57,208 bases of DNA. Origin: Phoronis australis. Its lineage: Eukaryota; Animalia; Phoronida. Below the pieces are notes generated by a model that saw only the letters and a list, made by a program, of their open reading frames with translations, made no database searches and was not told the DNA's origin. The stretch spans positions 1-57,208 of the forward strand of contig NMRA01000390.1 in NCBI GenBank assembly GCA_002633005.1. Direction: 5' to 3'. A program made the position numbers and the translations under genes. Numbering within the stretch: the stretch's first letter is position 1; the number at the start of each line of letters is the position of its first letter. Of this stretch, positions 50,149 to 57,208 are shown piece after piece.

Positions 50149-50714
50149 TTAAATGTGTACATGTTTGTGTGTAGCTTTCTTCTTTCGAAAGTGTAGACCA
50201 ATTCAGGCTATTGAGAACTTTATTTTTTTTCTGAATCTTTAAATGATCCCTTGATTGAAAGTGCAACTTGATACAACGAAATTGGTGATTGAAGTGATGG
50301 TGATAGAGCGGAATTTAAATTTGGGAACACGGTGGCAAAAGTCGGATTAGTTTTTCCCCCCTACCCAATAATTTTTACCTACCTACGGACCCGCTTAATG
50401 CTAAAGTAACCAAAGAGAGGCGACTGAGGTATTGTTGGGGGAGATAGAATAACTAATGTGGGCGAGGATAGGGGTTGGAAAACTGATGTCAACCCTCCCC
50501 CGGTCCACCAAAGCAAACTTCCCTTCTCCGAATGTTCTGGTGCTCCAATCTTGTCGTACAGGCGCAAGAACCTCGCGAAAAGCGCAAGATCACGGAACAC
50601 CACGCAAGACCACGCGAGTGAAATGAGAGTATTTCGTGTATGCTCGAAATCTTATAACCTAGCAAAATGCCAGCCACTGATGAAGTGATTTGTCGGTGAC
50701 TCGGAGGTTGGACT

Positions 50715-50900
50715 GTTAGGATAGGGGATTGACTTCATTGATTCCATAACACGTTGTCGCCGTACGTGCTTTGCGTGTATTTTGGGTTGATTTAAACATT
50801 GTTCGTTCTACTCACCATAGACGTCTTTCGTTTGCTGCCGCCGTTGCCTTGGAGAACTACACTGTAACCCCTGAAGTTAGGTCTCTGTGCCTGACGCGCT
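50715..50900 (-). pseudogene. Possible degenerate THAP fragment
   Basis: NERRLW*VERTMFKSTQNTR...NPYP resembles the THAP W..R..F.PS..R...NPYP segment; Cys/His ligands not seen. Confidence 0.3.
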
Positions 50901-52249
50901 TCTTCTCTTACGCGCTTTACATAATTGCTGACAGGAAGAAAACTTTCATTAGCACCGTGTGCATCTCAAACGCACCAAGTTCATGAGATATTAAGATGAA
51001 ACATTGGCAGCAAAATTATCATGATCTTCAATGGCCACTATGATTATGAAATGCTGTCATTTTGCAGGTTTAAATCATCAACAAGCGTCGCACGTTAAGA
51101 CGTTGAGAGGGACGTTCACTGAACCATGTCGATGCCGACCAGAATAACAAAACGGATGTACGTAAGTATACACACAACTAAGGGCACATGACGTTAATGG
51201 GGAGATGTTTCGTGTTTGATTTTGAAATTGTATCCACCATAAATTATATTAAAGGTGCGTCACCTTAAAGCGGTGTTACAAAGTCTACGAACCGTAGTCG
51301 TATGACGAAAGCAACGATGAAGAAGACACCGATAACAGCGGAGCACGTGCTGATGACGACAAGCTGAGTATGCGTCAACCCTGTAACAAAACGTCGGACA
51401 GGTATAGATGACAGACATGCAAACGCATCTCCTGGAAACGCATCTCCTGGTTTTCAGTTTTCTCGAGAGAATTCTGATTTTTCAAATAGAATACATGCCA
51501 TGGGTGTTTCTTAACCTCCCAGATCATCCGAATTTTAAATCTCACTGACGTCATTCATTAGAAAAATAGGGGTCCTGTTAGATGGACTATTACAAAAGTA
51601 AAACCTAGGTGTTGGCTTACAGGCAGTACACAAAATGGAGTGAATTTTAATTAAGTTGGAGCCCGATTTACCGCGCTGTTAAGGCGGGTCTTTTAGGTGC
51701 AACATGCAGTTCAATGTCATGGCGCAAAAGGCTCGAGGACGTTGTAGCTCTTTTGTTCACGTGCTATAAGTTCTGAGCTACCATAACTCACATGTGTGGT
51801 GGCAGACTCGTGAGAGTCGGATCGAGACACATGTTTATTGAGTCTAATACTTATGAGAGCAGAGATGAAATAATAATGTTCAATCAATGAACTGACGCGT
51901 TAATGCCAAGATTTCTTTCTTATATCTTCTTAATACGGTGTACTAATATATAAATAAATAAAGTCTCCAGTGCCGCAACTGCAGTTAACTATATCTCATT
52001 ACCGGGTTACATCAACTGATAAGGCAAAAACACATATTTGGATCTATCGAAAGATCTCGCACTGACGAACACAAGTAAAGTCTGAATAATAACAATTTTT
52101 ACAAGCTTTATTCAGAGACTGGATGCCAGGATGGCTTCAGGAACAATATTCAGAAAATTCCCAAAACACGCAAAAATACCAGAACAGTATTGGCTAGGGA
52201 TCAGCAAATCACATCTCATTGTAACAGTAAGGTGTGTACGTAGAATTGT

Positions 52250-52650
52250 ACTACACTCCTTGGTAACAGTGTCAACGATTCGTGGGAAACCAGTGCATTG
52301 ATGAGTGGGGACGTTTCCGAACATCGAATTTGAATGGCTTCACGCAGTTACAAGCGGTAGCGATTAGCATCACTGCCAATCTTCGTAAACCTGTGTTCCC
52401 CAGCGTCCTCTCTACAAGCAGCATTGTTTTTCAAGTGTCTAAAGATACTGGAATTCTTATATCTAACTAGGTGTTCCTTCATCCTTGTAGCGAAGTGGAG
52501 AGTTGCCTCAGCACTATACGTTTATTGACAACTACAATTAAATTCATAAACTACATTGGATTTTAGAGCGAAAAGGATCTCATCTTTAACAACAAGTAAA
52601 CATGAAACCTCGCACGACTTGAATACAAACTGAACAACCGTCGTTTTGCA
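52250..52650 (-). mobile_element. Penelope-like retroelement relic (GIY-YIG endonuclease end)
   Basis: VKDEILFALKSNVVYEFNCSCQ*TYSAEATLHFATRMKEHL...SSIFRHL...L*LREAIQI..SPLIN. Confidence 0.75.
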
Positions 52651-52784
52651 ACACCTCATTGACCATGATTTCAATTTACGCTATGCTATTTTGGAGTAAA
52701 AACCCGCATAACGCACACTGAAATTAAAATAACAAAACCAATCCTGGTCTGGTATTTTGCGTGTTTTTTGGAAATTTCTGTATG

Positions 52785-52931
52785 TTGTACATATAGCCAT
52801 CCTTGCATCCATTCTGTGTATATTGTACATATAGCCATCCAGGCATCCATTCTCTGTATATAATACATATAGCCATCCAGGCATCCATTCTCTGTATATA
52901 ATAAATATAGCCATCCTGTCATTCATTCTCT
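52785..52931. repeat. 4 x ~39-bp tandem repeat
   Basis: ACATATAGCCATCCAGGCATCCATTCTCTGTATATAAT-like unit. Confidence 0.9.
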
Positions 52932-53344
52932 GAATAAAGCTTGACAATGGTAGCTGTTTTACTGCCGAAAAATGTCGCAACATTTTAGAAAAGGTTTGTC
53001 TTTATTCATTGTATATTTGGGTCTATTTTATATCCCATCAGATTTTGATGCCTACGCTCATCGACTATAAAAGACTTGCCCGCATAAAATTCTGCCAAAG
53101 TAGGATTTTTTTAAAAGGTGCTCAAAGTCACGTAAGCGAAAGTAAGTAAGATTTGAAATGCCATGATTTGCGAAGAGGTGAGAAAAATACCGCATTATTT
53201 TTCCTCGGCTCAAGTGGACTTTTTTGAAAAATAAGAAGTTAAAAATACCGCATAATTAACTCGATTTTCAAAAAAGGAGAGCCCAAAACCAAGCAGGTAT
53301 TTTGCCTCACGTAAATGACATGTCTCAACTTCATGCCTCTAAAC

Positions 53345-53958
53345 CTTTTGGTTGAGCTCACCTTTGGTGTTGAGTGGTAACGCCTCGTCTCTGCCATGAC
53401 TTCCATTCACCACCGGCGCCAGGCTAACTAGTGATGTTATATTTTCAATATACTTTACTCCCTGACTGTTAATAATTGGAAGACACGGCTGTTTGTTTTC
53501 TCTATTGACATTACCGGAACCTGTCTCGTTAAAGGATTTTTCTTTACTTTGTGGTCGTATTTTCTTTGTCGAGTTCCCATCTATTTCGTGATTTTGAGGC
53601 TCCTGGAATTGCAGAATTACCTCAGTTAAAATTCGCCCGTTTTCTGATCTCTCAACTTTCGTCACGTTTGCAAGTTGCTGACAATTGTGACGTAAAATGG
53701 ATAAAGAACGCAACGCATCGATGATAGTTTTAACTTCACCGCCGAATGATTGTGGCTGGAATGTAAAGGTATCTGACGCAGGTTCTTTGCCAAACTTTTC
53801 ATTTAGCGAAGGAATGGCCATTCCTTGTATGCAAGATGTTCCCGAAATGCAAATAAAGGCCAACAACACTCCTCTGTCAAGTATCATCTCAACTGTGCTT
53901 CCGCCGGTCTGCGATTGAGGAATGTGGATTGTCTCTATGGTTGTGACGTCACTCCAGT
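53345..53958 (-). CDS. Large exon of an uncharacterised, possibly secreted protein (candidate ATG at 53887)
   Basis: ttttcag acceptor and AAG|gtttag donor, open throughout; MILDRGVLLAFICISGTSCIQG looks like a signal peptide; several N-x-S/T sequons. Confidence 0.6.
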
Positions 53959-54388
53959 CTGAAAATGAGCATAGAATATTGTAAATGTAGGTCATTCACA
54001 TCGTCTACGAATGTACCCTACCATACAGTTCTGGTAAACATCATGATTTGACGCCCCGTGGTTGACAATAAGTCACGAACATTTCGCCACTTACAATGTA
54101 ACTTTTTGTAGAAGCTGTGTCCATTCGTGTAGCCTATTTTGAATTTACGTTCTTTCAAAAGAACATTTTATTATGTGTTATCGTTGTTTGTAGCTATTGC
54201 CGGATCGAACTTGTATGGACAGTTCTAACAAACGTGGCCATACGTCACACCTGGCACCATAGTTACTCAGTTGTGACGGTACACCGGCGCAAACCGTATT
54301 GCGGCAACATACTTTCTACAACGTACGTGGCTTTGACCATATTTCCCTAAAACTATCAACATTATGTGCCGCGCACACCATATGAGAC

Positions 54389-54547
54389 CAGGGCCCAGTT
54401 GCGTAAAAGTAATACGCCGTATAGCAACAATGACATTGCGTTATCAAGAGTCACGTTGTTATTGTTGAACAATTGTTGAACCTAACGTCATGCAACAATC
54501 AAACTTATCCAGCGGATAATTTTGAAGTTTTATGCAACCCAGCCCTG
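54389..54547. mobile_element. 159-bp MITE
   Basis: CAGGGCCCAGTTGCGTAAAA...TTTTATGCAACCCAGCCCTG imperfect TIRs. Confidence 0.65.
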
Positions 54548-56819
54548 GGGAAACAAGGAATAGTTGTACACTGCAGAATATCCACGATAACAAGAATTTA
54601 AAGCAATTCATAGTTTACGCCAGTGATCGCTGATCTTGAAGTCTGATACACGCTTCCATCAGCGACAGTCATCTTTCCTCTTTCGTTATCCCCGGTGCAT
54701 CTTTAATCTGCAGTGCAAGTGCTCGGAGCGCATTGTTTAGACCAGCAGCTCTACGCTTTCGTTTTGCAGCCAATGCTTCTGAGACAAATAAGCGGACTAT
54801 CGCTGCGTTAGTAAATATCCGCGCCCTGATTGGTACGAAATATGGTTCACTTGTCGGGACTATCCATTATGGGGTTGCTTTTTAGATCTTCGTTCCTTAA
54901 ACATTTATAGCTCTCAAATTATAATACTTTGAGGAATATAGTTCAATTCCGAGCCTGAAAGGCGAGTTTCGTCAATATTTACTCTACCAGTTTTGAATTC
55001 TTATCCGATGCTCTTGAGAGTTCAAAAACATTACCACACCCCGATCTTATGTTGTTGCAACATCAGTGCTATTGCAGTTCTAGGGGGCTAGAGTTGCGAC
55101 GTGCGTCATTTTCGAAATCGTAATTTTAGTTGGTCAAATCCAATAAACTCTTGAAGTGTTTTCTTGACTCGCTGATGGTTTCGTTGTTTTTATTGGCTAC
55201 TGAAATAGCTTGAATAAAAAACTACGAAAGGTAATTTTAACCATCTAGACAAGGCGAAAAGCAGCTTTACCTTGATAATCTGTGTTACTGTAATCCTCTT
55301 GTTCTCAAAACATTATTTCAGAAAAGGCTTTGACGGACCAGGTGCTTGAAAGTTAATTAGTTTTCCTTAGTAAACCTTTCTGTTGTAGCTATGATTACCT
55401 GGCGATCATAATGGTACCAAGCCCAGTTTTTATAAGCATATCGTAATTGACTAGTGCCCCAATTTTCAATAATTTTGGTCCTTAGCTGCTTCACTAGAAA
55501 CATTTTGACAATTTAGATGTCAATATCATTCTTTAAATATACCGATTGTGTCAATACAGAAGCACATGTCGATTCCGTTATAGTACAAACAACTAAAGCG
55601 CAGAGGCGCACGATGAATGGTTCGTCGGGATGATTGATAAGCATGCAAGTCATTTGAAAACTTGGGCAACTGTCACTCCAAGCTCAGGCAGCAACCAGGC
55701 CATGTTGCAGATATTATTATACATAATTATACGTACCTTACATTTATTTCTTGCAAACCAAGCAAACTTACATTGTAAGTGGTTGAGGTTTGCTTATTTT
55801 CTTTATAAAAGGCGGGTTGCACTGTCGAAGAAAATTGAATCAAATCATTTGTGGCAATTTTGTAACCGTGTATAAAATGCATATTTCTCATGTACTTCAT
55901 GAATAGTGGTCCTCAAATTTGCCAAACTTTCCTCTGTCTAATTCTCTTCAATCTTATTGCATGGTTTTTCTACTTCGCAGCTGGAATAGTTATATGTAAC
56001 ACAAGTATTCAACTTTTTTTTCTGTTCTCCTCCGTCTTCTTATCAGGCTCGATGCAGCTTCTGCGATATTCCCCCCGTGTTTTTCAATTGTATGTACGCT
56101 GGCCGATTTTTCATTCACTTTCCGAAGTTTCCGTGACGTAGTCTTTTTTCAAAACGTGAGGCTAATTGCCCCCCGCTCCCCGCCTAATACGCCTATGGAT
56201 GCAGCCAAGAAGCTTTAGAATACAGAAAGCTATATAATTCTTGTTTGAACTGGTGATTTGATAGTCACAAGGAGGTGTTTATGAAGAAAGATCCCTCCTT
56301 TTCAACATCTGAATAGACTGCGATCAGACACCAGTTATTCGTCATGGGGCGTCGGTGGGATAAGGGTCTCACGCCACTAACGATAATGTATTCCGTAGAC
56401 GGCAGAAACTCGAGCAAGCGTAAGATCACGCAAAACTTCGCGAGATAACGCCATACAACTGAAACATGTGATCAAACTAGCTTTGCTTGCTAGTGTCTTG
56501 CGTCTCCGGGACGTAGCCCAGAATACAGGCATTTCTACGGGTAGGACCCTAGTTACTATGAAGGGTTCTTAAAAACGAATACCTTTCTGGGCGTTGACAT
56601 GAGTTTAATCAACGCGTACTTTTAGTTCTTAAACAATTTCGTTCAGCTCTTATTCAGCATGCACTTTTTGCGCTATCGCTTATTCAACGCGTACATATGT
56701 AATTGTAGTCAGTTCATATTGTACAACCACGCCCGTGCTGTCGAATCTCAAAATGACGGAAGATTTTATAAACAGAGTGCAAAGCAACACATTTAGTTAT
56801 CCCATAGATTGTACTATAG

Positions 56820-57135
56820 TCTATGGTTATTCATAACATTTTGGCGGGAAACCGAGGCCTGTTCCACAAGAGTTTCGAGTCGTCGACTTTACCACTGCAC
56901 CACTCAGCAGCTGATGCCATCGAACGTGAAAATAAAAAGAGCACGCGCAACCATCGCATGTTCAACAAACGACATTGTACCGCAATTTATACGCTGTTTT
57001 TACCTAAACATCATTCAACAAAGAATGGACTCACCGGAGACAGCCCAAGAGTTGTTATCTCTGCGGCGAAGGATGTTAAAGTTGAGTCTCCGATGAGTTG
57101 CCAGCAGTCACTGGTACGGTGCGCGGCTTTAGACG
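56820..57135 (-). mobile_element. Palindrome/tRNA family variant (B box deleted) joined to the 24.6-kb repeat body
   Basis: ATAACATTTTGGCGGGAAACCGAGGCC...CACCACTCAGCAGCTGA...GAGCACGCGCAA as in copy 1, then sequence shared with 24730-24862. Confidence 0.75.
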
Positions 57136-57208
57136 CTCTGCGGCTGGGTTAAAGGTCTTTTATAGGCCTAACTATCCCCAATTCCCGTACCAGGATGAAT
57201 TTCAAAAA

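Overview
AT-rich, intron-containing animal DNA (looks like a marine invertebrate; taxon is inference) with a 746-N gap at 23029-23774. Host genes, all on the minus strand: a complete 7-exon DNase I gene (34507-22169, 290 aa), the first four coding exons of an ECT2L-like F-box gene (21062-16949; the rest was not found and probably lies left of the window), and scattered exons of one or more uncharacterised genes (36.6-54.0 kb). Most other sequence is nested transposable elements. Two stand out. (1) A ~9-kb hAT transposon (933-9911, 8-bp TSD GTTAAGTG) whose 8 coding exons splice into an uninterrupted ~1030-aa protein: an N-terminal vertnin-like OTU cysteine-protease domain with intact catalytic motifs, fused to a zinc finger and a ZNF862-type DDE transposase. 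(2) A non-coding ~870-bp repeat family with a ~170-bp terminal palindrome, an internal tRNA-like Pol III cassette and dif/lox-like arm-spacer-arm junctions, stacked in alternating orientation in a DNase I intron (Crypton-like, by inference). Also present: three TTAA-targeting Kolobok-type elements, a pogo-like element carrying a HIRAN-like ORF, decayed Tx1, L2/CR1 and Penelope retroelements, a solo LTR, MITEs and several minisatellites.
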